From IMG/VR virus record IMGVR_UViG_3300028833_000068, positions 32,001 through 96,000 of that record: 64,000 bases of DNA; one strand, given 5' to 3'. Made by a program: the position numbers and the translations under genes. The first letter of the stretch is position 1, and every line of letters starts with the position of its first letter. The notes beneath the pieces are model-generated. The model saw nothing but the letters and a program-made list of their open reading frames with translations. It was not told where the DNA came from and made no database searches. Below, piece after piece: positions 31,452-41,532 of this stretch. This DNA comes from a virus. Taxonomy: Duplodnaviria > Caudoviricetes.

Positions 31452-31841
31452 TTATATCTGTACTACTACACTGTCATTAGTTACCTTATTTCCTTCTGTT
31501 ACGCTATAATCTATTCTAACGTAAATTTCTGCCTCATCTTCCTCATTCTTAACAACTTGCAAGTTATTAAGCGTGATATTCGTTGCCCATCTACTCACAG
31601 AGTCTCTAACCTCATTCTTAACTGCTTCCCAAGTCACATTCTCGTTTGGGTCAAATATGTATTTGATTAAATCTGTTCCAAATTCTGGCATTCTGCATCT
31701 TTGGCCTTTAGGAGTGAAGACAATATGCATTAATTGACTCCTAACTTTTTCATTTAAATTGTTATTAACATCAACATAAAAATGTTGGAAGTCATCTCTT
31801 AAGAATGGGTATTTTATACCAAAGTACTGACGTTTAGCCAT
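31452..31841 (-). CDS. baseplate/sheath initiator (T4 gp25 / GPW-like)
   Basis: TPKGQRCRMPEFGTDLIKYIFDP. Confidence 0.9.
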   Translation of the reverse strand: MAKRQYFGIKYPFLRDDFQHFYVDVNNNLNEKVRSQLMHIVFTPKGQRCRMPEFGTDLIKYIFDPNENVTWEAVKNEVRDSVSRWATNITLNNLQVVKNEEDEAEIYVRIDYSVTEGNKVTNDSVVVQI

Positions 31842-31930
31842 CGTTTTTTATGTGTTTTATTAAATTATTAACATCTAAATTATTTCTAATAATTATTTAA
31901 AAAATAACTTTTTATTCCAAATTTTAAATA

Positions 31931-31960
31931 AAAAAAGCGAGATGTTGCCTCTCGCTTTTA
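31931..31960 (-). terminator. intrinsic terminator
   Basis: AAAAGCGAGA...TCTCGCTTTT inverted repeat. Confidence 0.7.
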
Positions 31961-34684
31961 ATCTATAAATTCTCTATATGATAGTTTTCTTGCCTCATTA
32001 ATTCTATTCATTAATTTCTTGAATTCTTCAGCAACAGAATAAGCCAACTCATTTTCTCCTTGGGGTGCTTGCTGTTGCTGCGTTTGAACTTGTGGCTGAC
32101 CAACAACTTGATTATAGAAGTTTATAACCTCTTGTGGTGTATTATGGTCAATTTCAGAACCGCCACCGCCATATTCAGAACCATTTTGTATAACCCATCT
32201 CTTTAATACAGTACCATTATTATCAAAGTTCTTCCTAAATTCTAATCCAATACCACTACCATTGAAACAATCTATACAACCATTATCGTAATTAAGTTGC
32301 AATGGATAATCAACGCCATTTGGATTAACTAGCGATAAATTGGTTTTATAATCATATGCAAAATACTTGCCATTTATGGTATATATAATCATATATGTCC
32401 ATTCTTCAGCTTCCACAATACTATCAACATTATTTGGTAATAGTTCTTCTGCATCTATATTGGTTGCTGCATAGCTTTTGTCTCTAAATCCAAATACATT
32501 GAATTTACCATCCATTTTCTGCAACACCCTTAAATCACTGTGACTGTCTGGTCGTGTGACATCACTAATGCCTCTTGCCACATATTCTTGTTTCTTAAAG
32601 TCGAATATTGCTTTCTCCTCACTATTTCTTAAATAGCAATACAAGTAACGGCTATTTGCACTATAAAGTTTAACTGTTGATTCAATTTCTTCATTACACA
32701 ATCTGCGCTGTACGTAGTCATATATGACCCAAGTGTTCATCGCAATTCGTGGATTATAAACGCCAACGACAACCTTGTTGTTAACTGGACTATTGCTCCC
32801 TAATCCTTGGAATTCTGCATATACGTCTTTTTGCTGCAAATCTATGAAATGAACATTCTTGCCTTGGTTAACACCACAAGCAATACCCTTTTTTATGTCA
32901 AGATAACCCCATTTGTCATACCATTCTCCTATTTGTTGGCCATTATAGTCAAAATAACCAAATTTATCTTGTTTTTCAGCAACAATTATTAACTGATTGG
33001 CATCAATGAAGTCATCTACCCATTCTTTAAGTAATAAATCACCACCCCATTGTGTTACAATATTTTTTAGTGTTTTTGTACTAGTATCACCATAACTGTC
33101 AGTTTCTTTCTCGTTTACTGTAACAACATAACACCCATTTGCAATTTCTCTCTCCAAATGGTAATTTGGATATTCTTGTCCATCCTCTGAAGGATTTCCA
33201 TCATCATATGCCCTATATTTACCAAACATACCCTCAACGATACCATTTTCGCTGATAATATAGTATTCGCCATTTCTAGGTGTGTCTCTATGTACAATGC
33301 AGTCTAAATCATACCCATTATTACTATCACCGCCAACAGTAAATAGTGAATGATAATCATCACAAATGGTCTCAATAAAGATTCTATACCATTTTCCTTC
33401 ATCTGCTTGGGTACAAACTTTGTTTATTACCATACTTTCTACATTGGTAGCATCTAAATGCTTATATTCATTCTCACCATAAGGAGAATAAAAAGTGAAA
33501 AAATGACTCGAATCATTAGATACTGCAAAAACACCAAGACCGCTTGGTAACTCTAAGAATTCCGCTATTTGATACATCTCCCATCTAGAATTAGCCCAAC
33601 TAGAAGAAGGGTTTTGTTCGTTAATGGCGAGTAATGTTGAGCTTTCACCTCTCAAAATAACATAAGGAACATCTTCATTGTTAGAAATAATAACATCATT
33701 GGTATTTGGATTTGGAACTCCTTCCCATCCTATTGGGTCTCTGTCATCTCTATCTACATCATAAAGATAAAAACTTGTATTTTCATCTGGTTCTGTGTAT
33801 TCATAGTTATCGTCATATTCTTGCAAAAGATACAAGTCATCTGTTATACTATATCCGTGTTCCCATCTTCTTTGCTCATAATGTTCTATTTTAGCCTCCA
33901 TATCCTCAAAATCAGAGTCATCAATGCCCTCACTTCTATAGAATTCAAAGGCACTATCTGGCATGTCAATCTCAGTCAATGTAACTGGTTCATCATCCTT
34001 ATCCATAAATTGATGACTAGGGAAATGGAACTGATAACGAGTAAATGGATAATCTTTACCAAGTCTGCTTTCTCCCTTTGACATATCAAAGTTAACATAG
34101 TATTTATCATCACCATTTTCTAGATAATGGTCATAATATTGTCTACCACCACGAAAGTCAGTACGACCACCAGCAGTACACCAATACATATTCTCTCCAA
34201 GCTTACAATCTGCTTCATATGTATTAGGAACGGCAATTATCCAATCATCTTCATCGAAAACAATGTCAAAATCATTAGCTAGCTCTGATGGAACTTCTTC
34301 AACCCAACCATTATTCATCAACGTAGTAGTAGATTCATCACTCTTGGTTAGAACAGTATCCTCCTCTGGGACAAATCTCAACCCAGCTTCAACTGAAGGA
34401 CAATGCTGAATTTGCACCTCTGGATGTTCTTTATAGTGTTGAAACATCTTTTGGATTCTACCATTGTTCAAATTTCTAGTAATTTCATCACTCTCATTAT
34501 CCCACTTGCTTAAAAGCCATTGAGAATAACTCTTTTTCTTTGTGGGGTCAATCTCAATAACTGCGTCAATAACATCAGAAGGAACATTTTGATATTTATA
34601 ATGAAGAACCTCCCTAGGGTCTCTGCCTTCCTCTAACAACTGCTCAAACTCTATCCTATCTAATATTTCATTTAAAAAAGTCAT
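31958..34684 (-). CDS. large acidic protein with a PcfJ-like YWCT motif; putative internal virion protein
   Basis: DPTKKKSYSQWLL, YWCTAGG, FHFPSHQFMD; LLEE-type N-terminus; TATTTAT element upstream. Confidence 0.55.
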   Translation of the reverse strand: MTFLNEILDRIEFEQLLEEGRDPREVLHYKYQNVPSDVIDAVIEIDPTKKKSYSQWLLSKWDNESDEITRNLNNGRIQKMFQHYKEHPEVQIQHCPSVEAGLRFVPEEDTVLTKSDESTTTLMNNGWVEEVPSELANDFDIVFDEDDWIIAVPNTYEADCKLGENMYWCTAGGRTDFRGGRQYYDHYLENGDDKYYVNFDMSKGESRLGKDYPFTRYQFHFPSHQFMDKDDEPVTLTEIDMPDSAFEFYRSEGIDDSDFEDMEAKIEHYEQRRWEHGYSITDDLYLLQEYDDNYEYTEPDENTSFYLYDVDRDDRDPIGWEGVPNPNTNDVIISNNEDVPYVILRGESSTLLAINEQNPSSSWANSRWEMYQIAEFLELPSGLGVFAVSNDSSHFFTFYSPYGENEYKHLDATNVESMVINKVCTQADEGKWYRIFIETICDDYHSLFTVGGDSNNGYDLDCIVHRDTPRNGEYYIISENGIVEGMFGKYRAYDDGNPSEDGQEYPNYHLEREIANGCYVVTVNEKETDSYGDTSTKTLKNIVTQWGGDLLLKEWVDDFIDANQLIIVAEKQDKFGYFDYNGQQIGEWYDKWGYLDIKKGIACGVNQGKNVHFIDLQQKDVYAEFQGLGSNSPVNNKVVVGVYNPRIAMNTWVIYDYVQRRLCNEEIESTVKLYSANSRYLYCYLRNSEEKAIFDFKKQEYVARGISDVTRPDSHSDLRVLQKMDGKFNVFGFRDKSYAATNIDAEELLPNNVDSIVEAEEWTYMIIYTINGKYFAYDYKTNLSLVNPNGVDYPLQLNYDNGCIDCFNGSGIGLEFRKNFDNNGTVLKRWVIQNGSEYGGGGSEIDHNTPQEVINFYNQVVGQPQVQTQQQQAPQGENELAYSVAEEFKKLMNRINEARKLSYREFID

Positions 34685-34696
34685 ACTTATATAACA

Positions 34697-34713
34697 CTAT
34701 TTCACTATAAATA
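34697..34713 (-). promoter_or_regulatory. putative late promoter TATTTAT-N4-AAATAG
   Basis: TATTTATAGTGAAATAG; recurs upstream of leader-bearing genes. Confidence 0.55.
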
Positions 34714-34725
34714 TAAAAAAGGTGA

Positions 34726-35217
34726 CTAAACAGCCACCTTTTTCCAAAAAAAATTTGTAATATCAATAAACTCAAGTTTTTTATCTCCATTCTCTAGCTT
34801 CTCGTGATTAATATAGAATAATTTCTGATTTGTTGTTTCTTTATTCAAACCACCAAGTTCTTCATCATAGTGTCCCAACTTGATGTAATCGAACCAATTA
34901 AACTCAACGTTTTTATAATAATTATCCATACCACTATACCAACCAACCTTTAAATGCCTTACCTCATGTACATATTCAGCTAGTGCATTAATTGTCTCTG
35001 GTTCTGCGTCACCACCCATAAAACATACAGTTGTTATACCATCGTTCTTGTCTATCAACCTATCAAGCTCATCTGCCGTAAGTTCTGTGCCAACATCATC
35101 CCAAAGGAACTTAGAATGGCATCCCTTACAATGACAAGGACAGTTGGTTATATTAATCGCTAACGTTATCTCATTCGGTATTTCTTCAAATACCACCATC
35201 GCATTATAATACTTCAT
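34726..35217 (-). CDS. nrdG: anaerobic ribonucleotide reductase activase (radical SAM)
   Basis: CPCHCKGC (CxxxCxxC), FMGGD, YIKLGHY, TNQ. Confidence 0.93.
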   Translation of the reverse strand: MKYYNAMVVFEEIPNEITLAINITNCPCHCKGCHSKFLWDDVGTELTADELDRLIDKNDGITTVCFMGGDAEPETINALAEYVHEVRHLKVGWYSGMDNYYKNVEFNWFDYIKLGHYDEELGGLNKETTNQKLFYINHEKLENGDKKLEFIDITNFFWKKVAV

Positions 35218-35447
35218 ACTCCCTTATCCTTAAAATAATTCTCATCCAATACGTATAACCCACATTCACACACATCTTTCTCCTTATAATCTGTACAAGG
35301 ACAATGCAAGTCCTTACCCTCATAATCCTCAGAATCGTGCGTACAAGGGCATAACCCATCACATTTCTCACATCTCCTTAATATTGCATTCACAACCTTG
35401 TCATTTGGATTTAACTTCCAACCTTGCTTACGTAATATTTGTATCAT
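35214..35447 (-). CDS. ferredoxin:thioredoxin reductase catalytic-subunit-like protein
   Basis: LNPN...CPC-x13-CPC-x8-CEC-GLY. Confidence 0.85.
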   Translation of the reverse strand: MIQILRKQGWKLNPNDKVVNAILRRCEKCDGLCPCTHDSEDYEGKDLHCPCTDYKEKDVCECGLYVLDENYFKDKGV

Positions 35448-36150
35448 TTTTTAAAACCTTTATTAATTCTTCTAATGGAGAACTCGTTTCAAGAATATAG
35501 AACAAATCCTTATTTGGACCAAATTCCCCACATAATTCATTTTCTTTTGTTATCCTTGCTAGTACAGCTTCTTCAAAACTATCATATTTTCCTAGGTCAA
35601 GTGTCTTATAATCTTTCATTAACCTTGCAGAATATTTACCATCTCTAAGTCGATTAACTCCAGTAATTTTCCCTTTTTTCCTTATATTCGTCATATTTTC
35701 TCTATGAGAACATATTCTGAGGTTTGATTTCCTATTATCTAATGTATCCCCATTAATATGGTCAACAACTCTTTTTATTGAATATTCTTCATTGTGAACC
35801 CCCATAACAAATCTATGAGCAAGTATCTTATGCAATTGTGGAGTTGAAATTATGGCATATATTTTACTATTATGCCTACAAATATATATCTTCTTGTCTT
35901 TCAGCTTATCATAATCGTCCAAATCAAATTTTACCTTAGCATTTGGTTCAAAATTTTTATCATATGTAATACATTCAGCATAGTTATCGTTCAATATCCA
36001 TTCATTTCTATCGAATATCGTCCTTTCCAATACTTTACCATAACGCCACATCTGCATTAGATGTCTTTTACAATATTCCTTTCCTTTGAATCTAGCTCTT
36101 GATTTTTCACCACAAATACAACAATTAGTTAATGGTTCTCTATTCCTCAT
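35428..36150 (-). mobile_element. free-standing HNH homing endonuclease with N-terminal Zn finger and C-terminal AP2-like domain
   Basis: CCICG...YCKRH; AHRFVM...VDHINGDTLDNRKSNLR; LGKYDSFEEAVLAR. Confidence 0.88.
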
Positions 36151-36169
36151 AACAGTATACTATCCAAAT

Positions 36170-36193
36170 GTGGCTTACAAACACTGTAAGCCA
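36170..36193. terminator. stem-loop between nrdD and the HNH gene
   Basis: GTGGCTTACA-AACAC-TGTAAGCCAC. Confidence 0.5.
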
Positions 36194-36203
36194 CCTTATT
36201 TTT

Positions 36204-38396
36204 TTATTCTACATTATAATATCTCATATGTTCCTCTATTTGCCTTGCTTCATTGAAAGAACTTACTCGTTTAAGATACCCGATTATCCTTGTTAGATAA
36301 TCGATATCTTTACTTCCACACTTTGGACAAACATCCAATGTATCTTTACTTATGTAACCACATTCATTGCAGACAGAATTCTTGCAATTGAACGTGAAAT
36401 AACTACATCCATATTCTGATGCCACTCTCAATAACTGCCTATATTGGTCGAATGAAAGGTGCTCATTCAAATTTAAATGAGCAGCTTGTCCTCCATCAAG
36501 ATATTTAACAAAGTTGTTGCCATGTAATTTCATCTTATCAAGAATTGAAAGACTAGTATCTTCTGGATTAAAGAAATAGCTGCTATACATTATATGCTTT
36601 GGTGATACGTAATATCCATCTTTTTTGTCCCAATTATAGTTCTTGTTGGAAAGATTTTCACCTGGGATAAACTCTGTGTTGTACATGCACTCTCTAGTTC
36701 TATCCTTCTTATTTGATATGTTGATGGTTTCAAGTACTTTGTTTACAAATTCCTCATAATCTTTATTGAGGTTTGCATCTATTGATAAAAACTCTGCTGC
36801 ATCTGTAAGACCATTTACGCCAACTGTAAGATATTGTTTACGCATATTAATGAAGCCAGCTCTATAAACATCGAGCATATTTGCATTAAGGAAGTCCTTA
36901 ATAATCTCATTGAAAGCTCTTTGATACTTATGAACTCTCTCAGTCATTTCAGTAATACCACTTGAAATATATTTATAAAGAAGTTCCTTATCTTTAACTT
37001 CATTAATATTAACTTGTTTTGATGCTTCAAGCTCAATACCCTCGAACTCACTGAAATATAATCTAGTAGCATTCTGAATAACACGGTTAAGATTAATTGT
37101 CATAACTGACTTAGAACCAGTTGCAACAGATGCCGTACCCATTGAGAATTGGTGTGTTGTATGATTGTGCTCATCATCCTCAACATCTTTAAGAGAGTTG
37201 CGCAATCTACAACAGCTTGAGAGGCTATCTGGTGAATCGCTCAAATAACAGAAGAAAGAATGACCTTCAGCCCACATTTCTGCTGTGAAATCTGCATATT
37301 CCTTATCCACAATATCATGCCCATCAGTAAGCATTGCCATTGTTTCTACTGGGAATGTCAATACATATTTCGTTCTTTCCTCGTTGAACCACTTCATGAA
37401 TTTCTTCTGAAGCCAAGAAAGCGTTTCCCATTTTGGCGCAGTTCCATCTGGGAATCTGAAATCGTTGAATACGCCTTCGAAATAATTCTTATCGAAGTAT
37501 CCAACATTCCAGAATACAGTTTGGTAACCTCTGTTACCTGCGGGCATATTCATGGAATGTACCACTTGTTGGAAGCAATTTTCTATTACTTGCTCTAATG
37601 TTCTACCTTTTCTATTTAATTCAACTTGTTTATCCAAAATGTTAAGATAGTCATCACCATAATCTTTTCTAATGAAATAGTCCATATACATAAGGAATTC
37701 TGGTGTTGCAACAGCTCCCATAAACTGTGATGACACTGAATAAACTAAGTTAATAAATTCGCCACAATATGACTTTAGGTCTGTTGGGGCTTTAGATTGT
37801 CCTCCAAGGTTCTTAAGCCCGTCTACAAGGAAAGGATACATTGTAATGGCAACACAATAGGGATATCCTGGAGTTCCACTTTCATCGTGTTTATATAAAA
37901 CATGTGATTCGAGGTCTTTTATATATTGGTCAGCTAATTTCTTAGAATACAATACTTTAATTTTATTATGCATTATATATCTATTTTGCTGAATATTCTT
38001 TCCTTTATGTAGTTCTTGACCTAATGTAACTACATTTTTGTTTTCCACATTAGCATTGGAATCATATTTTGAGCCTGTGGAGGCATTAGATGCATTGATA
38101 TAGTCTCTGATGAAATCGCTGTCTTTCTTTAAGGTTTTGTCCTTGTCTTTCTTCTCTTCATATTTCTTAATGTATTCTCTAGCAACTTTCTTATTAACAG
38201 ACATAAGTGCTTCTTCTACTTGTCTTCTAATTTCATTTGAAGAAATCTTGTCATAAATGAATAGATTACTGATTAAAGACTCAATTAAACCATCTGGACA
38301 AACCTCATTGACAGATGTATATGCTTCACAAATCCCGTGTTTTACCTTTGAAGGGTCATATTCTTCAAAGTATCCTTCGCTTTTTCTTACTTCCAT
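36204..38396 (-). CDS. nrdD: class III anaerobic ribonucleotide reductase with ATP cone (NrdD2-type active site)
   Basis: YKHDE, PYC, SSCCRL, YNTEFIPGENL, CxxC..CxxC, RIIGYL glycyl-radical loop. Confidence 0.97.
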   Translation of the reverse strand: MEVRKSEGYFEEYDPSKVKHGICEAYTSVNEVCPDGLIESLISNLFIYDKISSNEIRRQVEEALMSVNKKVAREYIKKYEEKKDKDKTLKKDSDFIRDYINASNASTGSKYDSNANVENKNVVTLGQELHKGKNIQQNRYIMHNKIKVLYSKKLADQYIKDLESHVLYKHDESGTPGYPYCVAITMYPFLVDGLKNLGGQSKAPTDLKSYCGEFINLVYSVSSQFMGAVATPEFLMYMDYFIRKDYGDDYLNILDKQVELNRKGRTLEQVIENCFQQVVHSMNMPAGNRGYQTVFWNVGYFDKNYFEGVFNDFRFPDGTAPKWETLSWLQKKFMKWFNEERTKYVLTFPVETMAMLTDGHDIVDKEYADFTAEMWAEGHSFFCYLSDSPDSLSSCCRLRNSLKDVEDDEHNHTTHQFSMGTASVATGSKSVMTINLNRVIQNATRLYFSEFEGIELEASKQVNINEVKDKELLYKYISSGITEMTERVHKYQRAFNEIIKDFLNANMLDVYRAGFINMRKQYLTVGVNGLTDAAEFLSIDANLNKDYEEFVNKVLETINISNKKDRTRECMYNTEFIPGENLSNKNYNWDKKDGYYVSPKHIMYSSYFFNPEDTSLSILDKMKLHGNNFVKYLDGGQAAHLNLNEHLSFDQYRQLLRVASEYGCSYFTFNCKNSVCNECGYISKDTLDVCPKCGSKDIDYLTRIIGYLKRVSSFNEARQIEEHMRYYNVE

Positions 38397-38617
38397 TAAA
38401 GCAAAACTTTTTTATTCTATTATTTTATTAAATTCGGTTAACCATTTTTTAATTTTAACATCTGATGTAAGAATAAATATAGAGTAAGTCTTTAAAAAAA
38501 TTCTCAAAAATTAAAAAAATGGCTATCATTTTTCGCAACTACTTGATAGCCAACTGATAAAAAAAATAATTTTTTTTTTATTAATTTTTTCTACAAAAAA
38601 ATGTATTGTTGTTATAT

Positions 38618-40024
38618 TTACTTTTTCTTTTCTGTCATACTTTTCATTATTTGAGTTTGTAGTTTAAAGGTATCATCCTTTTCTTTCTTTTTCAGTTCAA
38701 ATAAGCTATCGAATTCATCAGTATTATCAGTACTTATGCGACAAGTTCCATTATTAAACTCAACATTATGGAAGACTTTACCGCTCTTTCCTGCACGATT
38801 CTTAAGGATTGCTATTGTTGCTTTATTTGCTGCAATATCATCAACTGTTCTTGCAATTGACATAATTACGTGAGCAATCTGTGCTTTTTTCACAGAGCCA
38901 CCAATTTTATCCATTGTTACAAGTTCAAGATTGATTGAATCCTTTGTTCCTTGGGAAGGAATCCAAATTGCCATATCAAGTTCACCAGCCATAGCTTCAA
39001 ATTTACGCATTGTCTTACCCTCTTGTGAGAACTCATTTGATGATGCTCTATCATTCTCATGTTCAAGACATTCGAAATAGTCTATAATGGTTAAATCTGG
39101 CTTGAATCCACTATTAATCAGTTTCCTTATGAACCTTTCAAGTTGTCTTGCTGTTTTTTCTCCACTTGGAAATTTAACTATTCTTAAGTTCTTATCCAAT
39201 TTATCCTTATCAGGGAAATTTGCAATTGTTTCTTTAACCAATTCAATATTCTCTGGTTTTGATAAATCTTTTGCTTCAATACCAGTAATGCGTCCAATAT
39301 GTTTTCTTTGGATTTGCTTTATTCTATCCTCAAACACAATTTGTAGCACTTTAAACCCACTGCAAGCTGCATGAGAAGCCATCGCTGTAGTCAGCGATGT
39401 CTTTCCAAAACTCGTAGGCCCGATAATAACTCCAAGTTCTCCTTTTCCAAGACCGCCTTCAAGGGCTTCATCAATCTTACCAATGCCAGTTGGAATTGGG
39501 GTACGATAATCGTCTGATAAAGTTTCTCCTATATGTTCGAATACTGTTTCTCCAAAGTCATTATGGATACCTTGTGTCATGGCATCGTTAAGAAGTCCAA
39601 CGCATCTGTCATATTGGTCATCTTCGCCTTTTCCAGCAATTTTAAGGATTTCATTGGCCGTTTTAATTATATTCTGTTGTCTGAAGAATTTTTCAGCCAT
39701 ATCTCTGATTCTATCTACCCCATCAGTCTGGGTTTCACGAATCTTTTCAATAATTGCGAGATATGTTTCAATCTCTTTTTCAGAGTGTGATATATCTCGC
39801 AATTCAATTTCCATCATATCGTATGATGGCACGTGTCCTTCTCTTTCAAAAAAGTTCTTCATCACGCCCACATATGTCTTCAGATTTGGGTCTGTAAACA
39901 TATTTTGGTCTATTATTGAACTTAAATCTTCAAAGAAGGTGTGATTTTCCATGAATTCATGGGTGAGTTTATACTGGAACTTCTCACCCAAGAATCCTAG
40001 ATTTGTTTTATTAGGTTGAGCCAT
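38618..40024 (-). CDS. DnaB-like (SF4) replicative helicase
   Basis: IPTG...D...GG, GPTSFGKT Walker A, IIDY, KNRAG. Confidence 0.93.
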   Translation of the reverse strand: MAQPNKTNLGFLGEKFQYKLTHEFMENHTFFEDLSSIIDQNMFTDPNLKTYVGVMKNFFEREGHVPSYDMMEIELRDISHSEKEIETYLAIIEKIRETQTDGVDRIRDMAEKFFRQQNIIKTANEILKIAGKGEDDQYDRCVGLLNDAMTQGIHNDFGETVFEHIGETLSDDYRTPIPTGIGKIDEALEGGLGKGELGVIIGPTSFGKTSLTTAMASHAACSGFKVLQIVFEDRIKQIQRKHIGRITGIEAKDLSKPENIELVKETIANFPDKDKLDKNLRIVKFPSGEKTARQLERFIRKLINSGFKPDLTIIDYFECLEHENDRASSNEFSQEGKTMRKFEAMAGELDMAIWIPSQGTKDSINLELVTMDKIGGSVKKAQIAHVIMSIARTVDDIAANKATIAILKNRAGKSGKVFHNVEFNNGTCRISTDNTDEFDSLFELKKKEKDDTFKLQTQIMKSMTEKKK

Positions 40025-40058
40025 TAATCTTGGTCATTTTACTCAAATTATTTTCCAA

Positions 40059-40832
40059 TTAATATAGGTTTTTAAAGTATTTATTGGTCTTTGCTTGTAC
40101 TGCACGTTCCCAATCCTTTTCTATCTTCTTGTTAGCCAAATACAAGCTATAAGAATACCTCTTGTTCTTTCCGTTACCATCCTTGCCATAATCGTCAATA
40201 ACGGTATACTTGCTCAAGTATTTGGAATTTTCCCTTGGGTCAAACTTTCCATTTTCCTTAAGTTCTTCCTTTGATGGGGAACAAACCTCGCAGATTTTCT
40301 TTGTAATTTGAAGCAATACATCTGGTTTATCAATAATCATGCCCTTCAATACCTCATGTTCAAATGACAATCTATCCTCATTTGCCTTGAAGAATGCCTC
40401 TTTTTCATAAGAGAATGTTTGACCTTCCTTATTGGTAATCTTCACATTCTTATTACTTAAATCAACCTTGTCACGAATATACTTTGGATAAGCATATCCA
40501 TCCCAAATCTTAGTAATCACATCTCTTTTGTTGTCGGATATTACAATCTTGAACGTACAAGCCCAAGGTTCAATTAAGGGAGAAATGAATTCCTCATTGT
40601 CTTCTGGGAACTGTGGATTAAAGTAATACCACGAATAAACACGACTCTTTGACTTTAAATCATCATCGATTAAACGAACAATCTCATCTACCTTCTCCTT
40701 GAACTCCAACGTGTTCATACTGTTCTCAATGAAGTTGTAAATTCTGAAATTTCGCTTACAGATAATGTTGTCATTCACATAAATAGTAAACTCAAATCTC
40801 TCCTCTTTGTAATCTCTTTCCTTATTTTCCAT
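40059..40832 (-). CDS. hypothetical protein in the replication block
   Basis: 257-aa ORF. Confidence 0.75.
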   Translation of the reverse strand: MENKERDYKEERFEFTIYVNDNIICKRNFRIYNFIENSMNTLEFKEKVDEIVRLIDDDLKSKSRVYSWYYFNPQFPEDNEEFISPLIEPWACTFKIVISDNKRDVITKIWDGYAYPKYIRDKVDLSNKNVKITNKEGQTFSYEKEAFFKANEDRLSFEHEVLKGMIIDKPDVLLQITKKICEVCSPSKEELKENGKFDPRENSKYLSKYTVIDDYGKDGNGKNKRYSYSLYLANKKIEKDWERAVQAKTNKYFKNLY

Positions 40833-40866
40833 AATTTTTAATAATTAAAAGTTAAACATATATAAA

Positions 40867-41121
40867 CTAAACTCTATAATAATCAAACACTTCTGATAAT
40901 TTAATGCTTCCTTCCCCAAATATTTTATAACCTCGATTATTTGCCACTGAGAACTTGGATGGATTATTTAATGCTTCATAAATTTTTTCTTTAGAATTGC
41001 CTTTCCTTTGGTCACAAAGTTCAAAATAATATTCTAATATTCTAAATTTTCCCCATAACTTTTCCCTTTTAAGTTTTTGAGCAAATTTTTTAAATGATTT
41101 ACTTTTGTATCTATCGTTCAT
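40867..41121 (-). CDS. hypothetical protein
   Basis: ORF with its own promoter at 41140-41171. Confidence 0.65.
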   Translation of the reverse strand: MNDRYKSKSFKKFAQKLKREKLWGKFRILEYYFELCDQRKGNSKEKIYEALNNPSKFSVANNRGYKIFGEGSIKLSEVFDYYRV

Positions 41122-41139
41122 AATTCAAATTTCGTAATG

Positions 41140-41171
41140 CAAAGATATATAAAAAAATGTTAAATTCCAAA
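41140..41171 (-). promoter_or_regulatory. Bacteroidota-type promoter
   Basis: TTTG-N20-TATCTTTG. Confidence 0.7.
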
Positions 41172-41190
41172 TTTTATGTTAAAAAATGTT

Positions 41191-41532
41191 TTAAATTTTA
41201 AAATAATTAAAAACATCTCCAATTGTGATATATCTACATTCACCCCAATTTAATGGTTCAAACTCCTTTCCATCATTTTTTTTCTTGTATATTTCATCAA
41301 AGGCTTTATATCTTATATCTTCGATACCAAGACAAATATAGGTCTCATCACAATACTTTAATGCAGCTTTAATGTCAGATGGTGTTAAGCCATTAAGCAT
41401 ATCTGGGAAATAGTATATCATACATTTCAGCCTATTATAAGTCTTTAAATCCTTATTGGATATTAGTTTTTTAAGATACTCCTTTAACCAATAACACTTA
41501 TATTGTTCAATTTTCTTTTCTATACTGCTCAT
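41191..41532 (-). CDS. hypothetical protein
   Basis: ORF overlapping the exonuclease end. Confidence 0.65.
   Translation of the reverse strand: MSSIEKKIEQYKCYWLKEYLKKLISNKDLKTYNRLKCMIYYFPDMLNGLTPSDIKAALKYCDETYICLGIEDIRYKAFDEIYKKKNDGKEFEPLNWGECRYITIGDVFNYFKI

Noticed and set aside
35428-38396. Group I intron or intein in nrdD
   Set aside because: nrdD is continuous with all motifs; the HNH gene lies downstream of its stop.
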